Below are positions 15,001 through 28,367 of a stretch of 64,000 nucleotides of DNA, piece after piece; the first letter of the stretch is position 1, and every line of letters starts with the position of its first letter. The notes beneath the pieces are model-generated. The model ran no database searches, was not told the origin of the DNA, and saw only the letters and a program-made list of their open reading frames with translations. The translations under genes and the position numbers were made by a program. This stretch comes from Eledone cirrhosa (lineage: Eukaryota), in NCBI GenBank assembly GCA_964016885.1, contig OZ024740.1:6634001-6698000 (forward strand), read 5' to 3'.

Positions 15001-18000
15001 GGTGGATTGGCAGTATTGGTAGAGGGTCTGACACAATGCTAGGGTGGTGGATTGGCAGTATTGTTAGAGGGGCTAACACCATGTTAGGTGGTGGATTGGC
15101 AGTATTTGTAGAGGGTCTGACACAATGCTAGGGTTGTGGATTGGCAGTATTGGTAGAGGGGCTGACACCATTTTAGGTGGTGGATTGGCAGTATTGGTAG
15201 AGGGTCAGACGCCATGGGTGGTGGATTGGCATTATTGGTAGAGGGTCTGACACCATGTTAGGGTGGTGGATTGGCAGTATAGGTAGAGGGTCTGACACCA
15301 TGTTAGGGTGGTGGATTGGTAGTATAGGTAGAGGGTCTGACACAATGCTAGGGTGGCGGATTGGCAGTATTGGTAGAGGGTCTGACACCATGTTAGGTGG
15401 TGGATTGGCAGTATGGGTAGAGGGTCTGACACCATGTTAGGGTGGTGGATTGGCAGTATTGGTAGCGGGTCTGACACCATGTTAGAGTGGTGGATTAGTA
15501 GTATAGGTAGAGGGTCTGACACCATGGTAGTGTGGTGGATTGGCAGTATAGGTAGAGGGTCTGACACCATGTTAGGGTGGCGGATTGGCAGTATTGGTAG
15601 AGGGTCTGACACCATGCTAGGGTGGTGGATTGGCAGTATTGGTAGAGGGTCTGACACCATGTTAGGGTGGTGGATTGGCAGTATTGGTAGAGGGTCTGCC
15701 ACCATGCTAGGGTGGTGGATTGGCAGTATTGGTAGAGGGTCTGACACCATGTTAGGGTGGTGGATTGGCAGTATTGGTAGAGGGTCTGACATCATGCTAG
15801 GTGGTGGATTGTTAGTATTGGTAGAGGGTCTGACACCATGTTAGGTGGTGGATTGGCAGTATAGGTAGAGGTTCTGACACAATGCTAGGGTGGCGGATTG
15901 GCAGTATTGGTAGAGGGTCAGACACCATGTTAGGGTGGTGGATTGGCAGTATTGGTAGAGGGTCTGACACCATGTTAGGGTGGCGGATTGGCAGTATTGG
16001 TAGAGGGTCTGACACCATGTTAGGGTGGTGGATTGGCAGTATTGGTAGAGGGTCTGATACCATGTTAGGGTGGTGGATTGGTAGTATAGGTAGAGGGTCT
16101 GACACCATTGTAGGGTGGTGGATTGGCAATATTGGTAGAGGGTCTGACACCATGGTAGGGTGGTGGATCGGCAGTATTGTTAGAGGTTCTGGCACCATGT
16201 TAGGTGGTGGATTGGTAGTATTGGTAGAGGGTCTGACACCATGTTAGGGTGGAGGATTGGCAGTATTGGTAGAGGGTCTGACACCATGGTAGGGTGGTGG
16301 ATTGGCAGTATTGTTAGAGGTTCTGGCACCATGTTAGGTGGTGGATTGGCAGTATTGGTAGAGGGTCAGACGCCATGGGTGGTGGATTGGAAGTATTGGT
16401 AGAGGGTCTAACACCATGTTAGGGTGGTGGATGGTAGCATAGGTAGAGGGTCTGACACCATGTTAGGTGGTGGATTGGCAGTATTGGTAGAGGGCCTGAC
16501 ACAATGCTAGGGTGGTGGATTGGCAGTATTGGTAGAGGGTCTGACACCATGTTAGGTGGTGGATTAGCAGTATTGGTAGATGGTCAGACGCCATGGGTGG
16601 TGGATTGGCAGCATTGGTAGAGGGTCTGACACCATGTTAGGGTGGTGGATTGGTAGTATTGGTAGAGGGTCTGACACCATGGTAGGGGGTGGATTGGTAG
16701 TATAGGTAGAGGGTCTGACACAATGCTAGGGTGGCGGATTGGCAGTATTGGTAGAGGGTCTGACACCATGGTAGGGTGGCAGATTGGCAGTATTGGTAGA
16801 GGGTCTGACACAATGTTAGGGTGGTGGATTGGCAGTATTGGTAGAGGGTCTGACATCATGTTAGGGTGGTGGATTGGTAGTATAGGTAGAGGTTTTGACA
16901 ACATTGTAGGGTGGCGGATTGGCAATATTGGTAGAGGTTCTGACACCATGGTAGGTGGTGGATTGGCAGTGTTTATAGAGGGTCTGACACCATGGTAGGC
17001 TGGTGGATTGGTAGTATTGGTAGAGGGTCTGACACCATGTTAGGGTGGTGGAGTGGTAGTATAGGCAGAGGGTCTGACACCATCTTAGGTGGTGGATTGG
17101 TAGTATTGGTAGATCGTCTGACACCATGTTAGGGTGGTGGATTGGTAGTATAGGTAGAGGGTCTGAGACCATCTTAGGTGTTGGATTGGTAGTATTGGTA
17201 GAGGGTCTGACACCATCTTAGGTGGTGGATTGGCAGTATTGGTAGAGGGTCTGACACAATGCTAGGGTGGTGGATTGGCAGTATTGTTAGAGGGGCTAAC
17301 ACCATGTTAGGTGGTGGATTGGCAGTATTTGTAGAGGGTCTGACACAATGCTAGGGTTGCGGATTGGCAGTATTGGTAGAGGGGCTGACACCATTTTAGG
17401 TGGTGGATTGGCAGTATTGGTAGAGGGTCAGACGCCATGGGTGGTGGATTGGCATTATTGGTAGAGGGTCTGACACCATGTTAGGGTGGTGGATTGGCAG
17501 TATAGGTAGAGGGTCTGACACCATGTTAGGGTGGTGGATTGGTAGTATAGGTAGAGGGTCTGACACAATGCTAGGGTGGCGGATTGGCAGTATTGGTAGA
17601 GGGTCTGACACCATGTTAGGGTGGTGGATTTGCAGTATTGGTAGAGGGTCTGACACCATTTTAGGGTGGTGGATTGGCAGTATTGGTAGAGGGTCTGACA
17701 CCATGTTAGGGTGGTGGATTGGCAGTATTGGTAGAGGGTCTGACACCATGTTAGGTGGTGGATTGGTAGTATTGGTAGAGGGTCTGACACCATGGTAGGG
17801 TGGTGGATTGGCAGTATAGGTAGAGGGTCTGACACCATGTTAGGGTGGTGGATTGGCAGTATAGGTAGAGGGTCTGACACCATGTTAGGGTGGTGGATTG
17901 GCAGTATTGGTAGAGGGTCTGATACCATGCTAGGTGGTGGATTCTTAGTATTGGTAGAGGGTCTGACACCATGTTAGGTGGTGGATTGGCAGTATAGGTA

Positions 18001-21000
18001 GAGGGTCTGACACCATGTTAGGGTGGCGGATTGGCAGTATTGGTAGAGGGACTGACACCATGTTAGGGTGGCGGATTGGCAGTATTGGTAGAGGGTCTGA
18101 CACCATGTTAGGGTGGTGGATTGGCAGTATTGGTAGAGGGTCTGATACCATGTTAGGGTGGTGGATTGGTAGTATAGGTAGTGGGTCTGACACGATTGTA
18201 GGGTGGTGGATTGGCAATATTGGTAGAGATCTGACACCATGTTAGGTGGTGGATTGGTAGTATTGGTAGAGGGTCTGACACCATGGTAGGTGGTGGATTG
18301 GTAGTATTGGTAGAGGGTCTGACACCATGTTAGGTGGTGGATTGGTAGTATTGGTAGAGGGTCTGACACCATGTTAGGGTGGAGGATTGGCAGTATTGGT
18401 AGAGGGTCTGACACCATGGTAGAGTGGTGGATTGGCAGTATTGTTAGAGGGTCAGACGCCGTGGGTGGTGGATTGGCAGTATTGGTAGAGGGTCTGACAC
18501 CATGTTAGGGTGGTGGATTGGTAGTATTGGTAGAGGGTCTGACACCATGGTAGGGGGTGGATTGGTAGTATAGGTAGAGGGTCTGACACAATGCAATGGT
18601 GGCGGATTGGCAGTATTGGTAGAGGGTCTGACACCATGTTAGGGTGGTGGATTGGCAGTATTGGTAGAGAGTCTGACACCATTTTAGGGTGGCAGATTTG
18701 CAGTATTAGTAGAGGGTTTGACACCATGTTAGGGTGGTGGATTGGCAGTATTGGTAGAGGGTCTGATACCATGTTAGGGTGGTGGATTGGCAGTATTGGT
18801 AGAGGGTCTGACACCATGTTATGGTGGCGGATTGGCAGTATTGGTAGAGGGTCTGACACCATGTTAGGGTGGTGGATTGGTAGTATTGGTAGAGGGTCTG
18901 ACATCATGTTAGGGTGGTGGATTGGTAGTATAGGTAGAGGGTCTGACACCATGGTAGGGTGGTGGATTGGCATTATTGGTAGAGGGTCTGAGACCATGTT
19001 AGGTGGTGGATTGGTAGTATTAATAGAGGGTCTGACACCATGTTAGGTGGTGGATTGGTAGTATTGGTAGAGGGTCTGACACCATGGTAGGTGGTGGATT
19101 GGTAGTATTGGTAGAGGGTCTGACACCATGTTAGGTGGTGTATTGGTAGTATTGGTAGAGGGTCTGACACCATGTTAGGGTGGTGGATTGGCAGTATTGG
19201 TAGAGGGTCTGATACCATGTTAGGGTGGTGGATTGGTAGTATAGGTAAAGGGTCTGACACCATTGTAGGGTGGTGGATTGGCAATATTGGTAGAGATCTG
19301 ACACCATGTTAGGTGGTGGATTGGTAGTATTGGTAGAGGGTCTGACACCATGTTAGGGTGGAGGATTGGCAGTATTGGTAGAGGGTCTGACACCATGGTA
19401 GGGTGGTGGATTGGCAGTATTGTTAGAGGTTCTGGCACCATGTTAGGTGGTGGATTGGCAGTATTGGTAGAGGGTCAGACGCCATGGGTGGTGGATTGGA
19501 AGTATTGGTAGAGGGTCTAACACCATGTTAGGGTGGTGGATGGTAGTATAGGTAGAGGGTCTGACACCATGTTAGGTGGTGGATTGGCAGTATTGGTAGA
19601 GGGTCTGACACCATGTTAGGTGGTGGATTGGCAGTATTGGTAGAGGGTCTGACACCATGTTAGGTGGTGGATTGGCAGCATTGGTAGAGGGTCTGACACC
19701 GTGTTAGGGTGGTGGATTGGTAGTATTGGTAGAGGGTCTGACACCATGGTAGGGGGTGGATTGGTAGTATAGGTAGAGAGTCTGACACAATGCTAGGGTG
19801 GCGGTTTTGCAGTATTGGTAGAGGGTCTGACACCATGTTAGGGTGGTGGATTGGCAGTATTGGTAGAGGGTCTGATACCATGTTAGGGTGGTGGATTGGC
19901 AGTATTGGTAGAGGGTCTGACACCATGTTAGGGTGGCGGATTGGCAGTATTGGTAGAGGGTCTGACACCATGTTACGGTGGTGGATTGGCAGTATTGGTA
20001 GAGGGTCTGATATCATGTTAGGGTGGTTGATTGGTAGTATAGGTAGAGGGTCTGACACCATGGTAGGGTGGCAGATTGGCAGTATTGGTAGAGGGTCTGA
20101 CACAATGTTAGGGTGGTGGATTGGCAGTATTGGTAGAGGGTCTGACATCATGTTAGGGTGGTGGATTGGTAGTATAGGTAGAGGTTTTGACACCATTGTA
20201 GGGTGGTGGATTGGCAATATTGGTAGAGGGTCTCACACCATGTTAGGGTGGCGGATTGGCAATATTGGTAGAGGTTCTGACACCATGGCAGGTGGTGGAT
20301 TGGCAGTGTTTATAGAGGGTCTGACACCATGGTAGGCTGGTGGATTGGTAGTATTGGTAGAGGGTCTGACACCATGTTAGGGTGGTGGAGTGGTAGTATA
20401 GGCAAGGGTCTGACACCATCTTAGGTGGTGGATTGGTAGTATTGGTAGATCGTCTGACACCATGTTAGGGTGGTGGATTGGTACTATAGGTAGAGGGTCT
20501 GACACAATGCTAGGGTGGTGGATTGGCAGTATTGTTAGAGGGGCTAACACCATGTTAGGTGGTGGATTGGCAGTATTTGTAGAGGGTCTGACACAATGCT
20601 AGGGTTGTGGATTGGCAGTATTGGTAGAGGGGCTGACACCATTTTAGGTGGTGGATTGGCAGTATTGGTAGAGGGTCAGACGCCATGGTTGGTGGATTGG
20701 CATTATTGGTAGAGGGTCTGACACCATGTTAGGGTGGTGGATTGGCAGTATAGGTAGAGGGTCTGACACCATGTTAGGGTGGTGGATTGGTAGTATAGGT
20801 AGAGGGTCTGACACAATGCTAGGGTGGCGGATTGGCAGTATTGGTAGAGGGTCTGACACCATGTTAGGATGGTGGATTTGCAGTATTGGTAGAGGGTCTG
20901 ACATCATGTTAGGGTGGTGGATTGGCAGTATTGGTAGAGGGTCTGACACCATGTTAGGTGGTGGATTGGCAGTATTGGTAGAGGGTCAGACGCCATGGGT

Positions 21001-23590
21001 GGTGGATTGGGAATATTGGTAGAGGGTCTGACACCATGTTAAGGTGGTGGATTGGCAGTATAGATAGAGGGTCTGACACATTGTTAGGGTGGTGGATTGG
21101 TAGTATTGGTAGAGGGTCTGACACTGTGGTAGGGTGGCGGATTGGCAGTATTGGTAGAGGGTCTGACAGCATGTTAGGTTGGTGGATTGGCAGTATTGGT
21201 AGACGTTCTGATACCATGTTAGGGTGGCTGATTGGTAAACTTGGTAGAGTGTCTGACACCATGTTAGGGTGGTGGATTGGCAGTATTGGTAGAGAGTCTG
21301 ACACTGTGTTAGGGTGGTGGATTGTTAGTATTGGTAGAGGGTCTGACACCATGTTAGGTGGCGGATTGGTAGTATTGGTATAGGGTCTGACACCATGTTA
21401 GGTGGTGGACTGGCAGTATTGGTAGAGGGTCTTACACAGTGCCAGGGTGGTGGATTGGCAGTATTGGTAGAGGGTCTGACACCATGTGAGGGTGGCAGAT
21501 TGGCAGTATTGGTAGGGGGTCTGACGCCATGTTAGGGTGGTGGATTGGCAGTATTGGTAGAGGGTCTGACACCATGCTAGGGTGGTGGATTGGCAGTATT
21601 GGTAGAGGGTCTGACACCATGTTAGGGTGGTGGATTGGCAGTATTGGTAGAGGGTCTGACACCATGCTAGGTCGTGGATTGTTAGTATTGGTAGAGGGTC
21701 TGACACCATGTTAGGTGGTGGATTGGCAGTATAGGTAGAGGGTCTGACACCATGTTAGGTTCGTGGAGTGGTAGTATTGGTAGAGGGTCTGACACCATCT
21801 TAGTTGGTGGATTGGTAGTATTGGTAGAGGGTCTAACACCATGGTATGTGGTGGATTGGTAGTATTGGTAGAGGGTCTGACACCATGCTAGGGTGGTGGA
21901 TTGGCAGTATTGGTAGAGGGTCTCACACCATGCTAGGGTGGTGGATTGGCAGTATTGTTAGAGGGTCTGACGCCATGTTAGGTGATGGATTGGTAGTATT
22001 GGTAGAGGGTCTGACACCATGTTAGGTGGTAGATCGGCAGTATTGGTTGAGGGTCTGACACAATGCTAGGGTGGTGGATTGGCATTATTGGTAGAGGGGC
22101 TGACACCATGTTAGGTGGTGGATTGGCAGTATTGGTAGAGGGTCTGACACAATGCTAGGGTGGTGGATTGGCAGTATTGGTAGAGGGTCTAACACCATGT
22201 TAGGGTGGTGGATTGGCAGTATAGTTAGAGGGTCTGACACCATGTTAGGGTGGTGGATTGGTAGTATTGGTAGAGGGTCTGACACCATGGTAGGGGTGGA
22301 TTGGTAGTATAGGTAGAGGGTCTGGCACAATGCTAGGGTGGCGGATTGGCAGTATTGGTAGAGGGTCTGACACCATGTTAGGTGGTGGATTGGCAGTATT
22401 GGTAGAGGGTCTGACACAATGCTAGGGTGGCGGATTGGCAGTATTGGTAGAGGGTCTGACACCATGTTAGGGTGGCGGATTGGCAGTATTGGTAGAGGGT
22501 CTGACACCATGTTAGGGTGGTGGATTGGCAGTATTGGTAGAGAGTCTGACACCGTGTTAGGGTGGTGGATTGGTAGTATTGGTAGAGGGTCTGACACCAT
22601 GCTAGGGTGGTGGATTGGCAGTATTGGTAGAGGGTCTGACACCATGTTAGGGTGGTGGATTGGCAGTATTGGTAGAGGGTCTGACACCATGTTAGGGTGG
22701 AGGATTGGCAGTATTGGTACAGGGTCTGACACCATGTTAGGGTGGTGGAATGTTAGTATTGGTAGAGGGTCTGACACCATGTTAGGTGGTGGATTGGCAG
22801 TATTGGTACAGGGTCTGATAACATGTTAGGGTTGTGGATTGGTAGTATTGGTAGAGGGTCTGACACCATGTTAGGGTGGTGGATTGGCAGTATTGGTAGA
22901 GGGTCTGACACCATGCTAGGGTGGTGGATTGGCAGTATTGGTAGAGGGTCTGACACCATGGTAGGGTGGTGGATTGGTAGTATTGGTAGAGGGTCTGATA
23001 CCACGTTAGGTGGTGGATTGGCAGTATTGGTAGAGGGTCTGACTCCATGTTAGGTGGTGGATTGGCAGTATTGTTAGAGGGTATGACACCATGGCAGGTG
23101 GTGGATTGGTAGTATAGGTAGAGCGACTGACACCATGCTAGGGTGGTGGATTGGCAGTATTGGTAGAGGGTCTGAAACCATGTTAGGGTGGTGGAGTGGC
23201 AGTATTGGGAGAGGGTCAGACATCATGTTAGGTGGTGGATTGGCAGTATTGGTAGAGGGTCTGACACCATGGTAGTGTGGTGGATTGGTAGCATTGGTAG
23301 TGGGTCTGACACCATGGTAGGTGGTGGATTGGAAGTATTGGTAGAGGGTCTGATACCATGGTAGTTGGTGGATTGGTAGTATTGGGAGAGGGTCAGACAT
23401 CATGTTAGGTGGTGGATTGGTAGTATTGGTAGAGGGTCTGACACCATGGTAGGGTGGTGGATTGGTAGTATTGGTAGAGGGTCTGATACCATGTTATGTG
23501 GTGGATTGGCAGTATTGGTAGAGTGTTAGACGCCATGTTAGGTGGTGGATTGGCAGTATTGGTAGATGGTTAGACGCCATGGATGGTGGA
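1..23590. repeat. 44/45-bp tandem satellite (roughly 525 units), consensus GGGTGGTGGATTGGCAGTATTGGTAGAGGGTCTGACACCATGTTA; runs off the left edge
   Basis: The monomer is visible throughout. 44-bp variants lack one G and 42-bp variants read GACGCCATGGGTGG. The ORF track shows only a 15-aa periodic translation. Confidence 0.99.
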
Positions 23591-26271
23591 CACCACCACC
23601 AACACCAGCACTACCAACAACACCACCAACAACACTAACACCATGACCAACACCACCAACACCACCACTAACAACAACACCAACAACAACCCTCCACCAA
23701 CATCAACAACAAAACCACCAACACCAGCACCAACAACAACAACACCAATAACATTAACACCAACACCACCACCAACAACAACACCACCAACAACATCACC
23801 ACCAACAACAACACCACCAACAACACCTACAACACCAACACCAACACCACCATCACCACCAACAACACCACCACTAACAAAATCACCAACAACACTAACA
23901 CCATCACCAAACCACCACCACCACCACCAACGACAACAACACCACCACCAACAACACCACCGCCAACACCCCCCCCCCCCAACAACACCACCAACAAAAA
24001 CACCACCACCACCCCCACCACCCCCACCCCCACCCCACCCCCACCACCACCACCACCGCCAACAACAACAACACTACCACCAACCCAACACCAGCAACAA
24101 CATTAACACCAACACCAACACCACCACAAACAATAACACCAACAACAACAACAACAACAACAACACCACCACAACCACCACCAATAACAACAACAACAAC
24201 AACACCAACACCACCAACAACAACACCACCACCACCAACACCAACAACAACAACACCAACACCGCCACCACCAACACCACCACAGCCAACAACAACACCA
24301 CCACCAACAGCAACACCAACAAAAAGAACAACAACTTCAACACCACCACCACCACCAACAACAACAACACCACCAACACCACCACCATCAACAACAACAA
24401 CAACAACACCACCACCAACAACACCACCACCAACAACAACACCAACAACACCAACAACAACAACACCACCACCACCAACAACACCAACACCAACACCAAC
24501 AACAACAACACCACCACCAACAACACCACCACCAACAACAACACCAACAACACCACCACCAGCAACGCCACCACCAACAACAACACCAACAACACCAACA
24601 ACACCAACAACAACAACACGAGCACCAACAACACCACCACCAGCAACGCCACCACCAACAACAACAACACCAACAACACCAACAACAACAACGCCACCAA
24701 CAACAACACCACCACCAACAACAAAAACACCAACACCAACAACACCACCACCAGCAACGCCACCACCAACAACAACAACACCAACAACACCAACAACAAC
24801 AACGCCACCAACAACAACACCACCACCAACAACAACAACAACAACAACACCAACAACACCAACAACAACAACACCACCACCAACAACACCAACACCAACA
24901 ACAACAACACCAACAACAACAACACCACCACCAACAACACCACCACCAACAACAACACCAACAACACCAACAACAACAACACCAACAACACCACCACCAG
25001 CAACGCCACCACCAACAACAACAACACCAACAACACCAACAACAACAACGCCACCAACAACAACACCACCACCAACAACAACAACAACAACACCAACAAC
25101 ACCAACAACAACAACACCACCACCAACAACACCAACACCACCACCAACAACACCAACAACAACAACACCACCACCAACAACACCACCACCAACAACAACA
25201 CCACCACCAACAACAACACCAACAACACCAACAACAACAACACCAACAACACCACCACCAGCAACGCCACCACCAACAACAACAACAACAACACCAACAA
25301 CAACAACAACGCCACCAACAACAACACCAACAACACCAACAACACCAACAACACCAACAACAACAACACCACCAACAACACCAACAACACCACGACGAAC
25401 AACACCAACAACAACAACACCAACAACAACAACACCACCAACAACACCAACAACACCACGACGAACAACAACTGCAACAACAACACTAACAACATCACCA
25501 ACAACAACAACACCACCACCACCACCAACAACAACAACAACTCCACCAACAACACCAACACCAACACCAACAACAACACCAACAAAAACAACAACAACTA
25601 CAACACCACCTAACAACAACACCACCACCAACAACAACAACAACACCACCAACACCACCACCAACACCACCACCAACAACAACAACAACACCACCAACAC
25701 CACCACCAACACCACCACCAACAACAACACCAACACCACCACCAACAACAACACCAACACCACCACCAACAACACCACCACCAACAACACCAACAAGAAC
25801 AACACCACCACCAACAACACCACCACCAACAACAACAGCAACAACACCACCAACAACAACACCAACAACAACACCAACACCAACGCCAACACCACCACCA
25901 ACAACACCAACACCACCACCAACAATAACACCAACAACACCACCAACAACAACAAAACCACCTCCAACAACACCGCCACCAACAACAACACCACCACCAA
26001 CAGCAACCCCACCACCAACAACATCAACACCACCACCACCAACAACAACACCAACACCACCACCAACAAGAACAACAGCACCACCGAAACCACCACCACC
26101 AACACCATCACCAACAACACCACCACCACAGCCAACAACAACACCACCAACACCACCAACAGCAACACCACCACCAACAACAACACCAACAAAAACAACA
26201 ACAACTACAACACCACCACCAACAACAACAACAACACCACCAACAACGCCACCACCACCAGCAACAACACC

Positions 26272-26302
<31 letters not shown>

Positions 26303-26427
26303 CCAACAACACAACCACCAGCAACGCCACCACCACTAACAACAACACCAACACCACCAACAACACCACCACCAACAACGCCACCACCACCAACAACAAC
26401 ATCAACAACACCAACAACAACAACACC

Positions 26428-26461
<34 letters not shown>

Positions 26462-28367
26462 CCAACAACACCAACAACAACAACAACACCAACAACGCCA
26501 CCACCACCAACAACAACACCACCACCAACAACGCCACCACCACCAACAACAACACCAACAACAACACCAACAACAACAACACCAACACCACCAACAACAC
26601 CACCACCAACAACGCCACCACCACCAACAACAACATCAACAACACCAACAACAACAACACCAACAACAACAACAACAACAACATCAACAACACCAACAAC
26701 AACAACACCAACAACAACACCAACAACGCCACCACCACCAACAACAACACCACCACCAACAACGCCACCACCACCAACAACAACACCAACAACAACACCA
26801 ACAACAACAACACCAACGCCACCAACAACAACACCACCACCAACAACAACAACAACACCAACGCCACCACCACCACCAACAATAACACCAACAACACCAA
26901 CAACAACAACAAAACCACCCCCAACAACACCGCCACCAACAACAACACCACCACCACCACCAACACCACCACCAACAACAACAGCACCACCAACACCAAC
27001 ACCACCACCAACAACATCAACACCACCACCCACATCAACAACACCACCAACAACAACACCAACACCACCACCAACAAGAACAACACCACCACCACCAACA
27101 ACAACAGCACCACCGAAACCACCACCACCAACACCATCACCAACAACACCACCACCACAGCCAACAACAACACCACCACCACAGCCAACAACAACTCCAC
27201 CAACAACACCAACAGCAACACCACCACCAACAACAACACCAACAAAAACAACAACAACTACAACACCACCAACAACAACACCAACACCACCAACAACACC
27301 AACAACATCACCACCACTAACACCACCAACAACAACAACACCAACACCACCACCACCACCAGCAACACCGCCACCACCACCACCAACAACAACACCAGCA
27401 CCACCAACAACAACACAACCAACACCACCAACAAAAACACCACCACCACCAATAACAACAACAACACCACCACCACCAACACCACAACCAACAACAACAC
27501 CAACAACAACAACAACATTACCACCACCACCACCACAAACAACACCATCACCACCACCACCACCATCAACACCACCACCACTACCAACAACACCACCACC
27601 ACCACCAACAACAACAACACCACCACCAAAACCACCATCAACGCCACCACCACCAACAACAACACCAACAACAACAACAACAACACCACCAACAACAACA
27701 CCACCAAAACCACCATCAACGCCACCACCACCAACAACAACACCACCACCACCACCACCACCACCACCAACACCACCACCAACAACACAACCAACACCAA
27801 CACCAACAACAACACCAACAACAACACCATCACCACCAACAACAACAACAACACCACCAACATCAACAAAAACACCACCACCAACAACAACAACAACAAC
27901 ACCACAACCACCACCACCAACAACAACACCAACAACAACACCACCACCACCACCATCACCACCACAAACAACACCATCATCACCACCACCACCACTACCA
28001 ACAACACCACCACCAACAACAACAACACCGCCACCAAAACCACCATCAACACCACCATCACCACCGACACCACTACCTGCACCACCACCATCAACAACAA
28101 CACCACCACCACCACCAACAACAACACCAACACCATCACCACCACCAATAACACCATCACCACCCCCATCAACATTACTACCACCACCATCACCACCAAC
28201 ACCACTACCAGCACCAGCACCACCACCATCACCATCATCAACAACAACAACACCACCACCACAACCAACAACAACAACACCAACACCAACAACAACACCA
28301 ACAACAACACCACCACTACCACTATCACCACCACCACCACCATCAACATCACTACTACCACCACCAC
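23591..28367. repeat. Compound (CAA)n/(CAC)n trinucleotide tract with internal block duplications
   Basis: The tract is almost entirely AAC/ACC triplets. The marker AACAAAAACAACAACAACTACAAC recurs near 25581, 26190 and 27241. Confidence 0.97.

Noticed and set aside
1-23590. CRISPR-like regular repeat, or repetitive proteins (MVSDPLPILPIHHPN / MLGWWIGSIGRGSDT)
   Set aside because: There are no unique spacers and no cas genes. The ORFs arise from the 45-bp period and are broken by every 44-bp unit.
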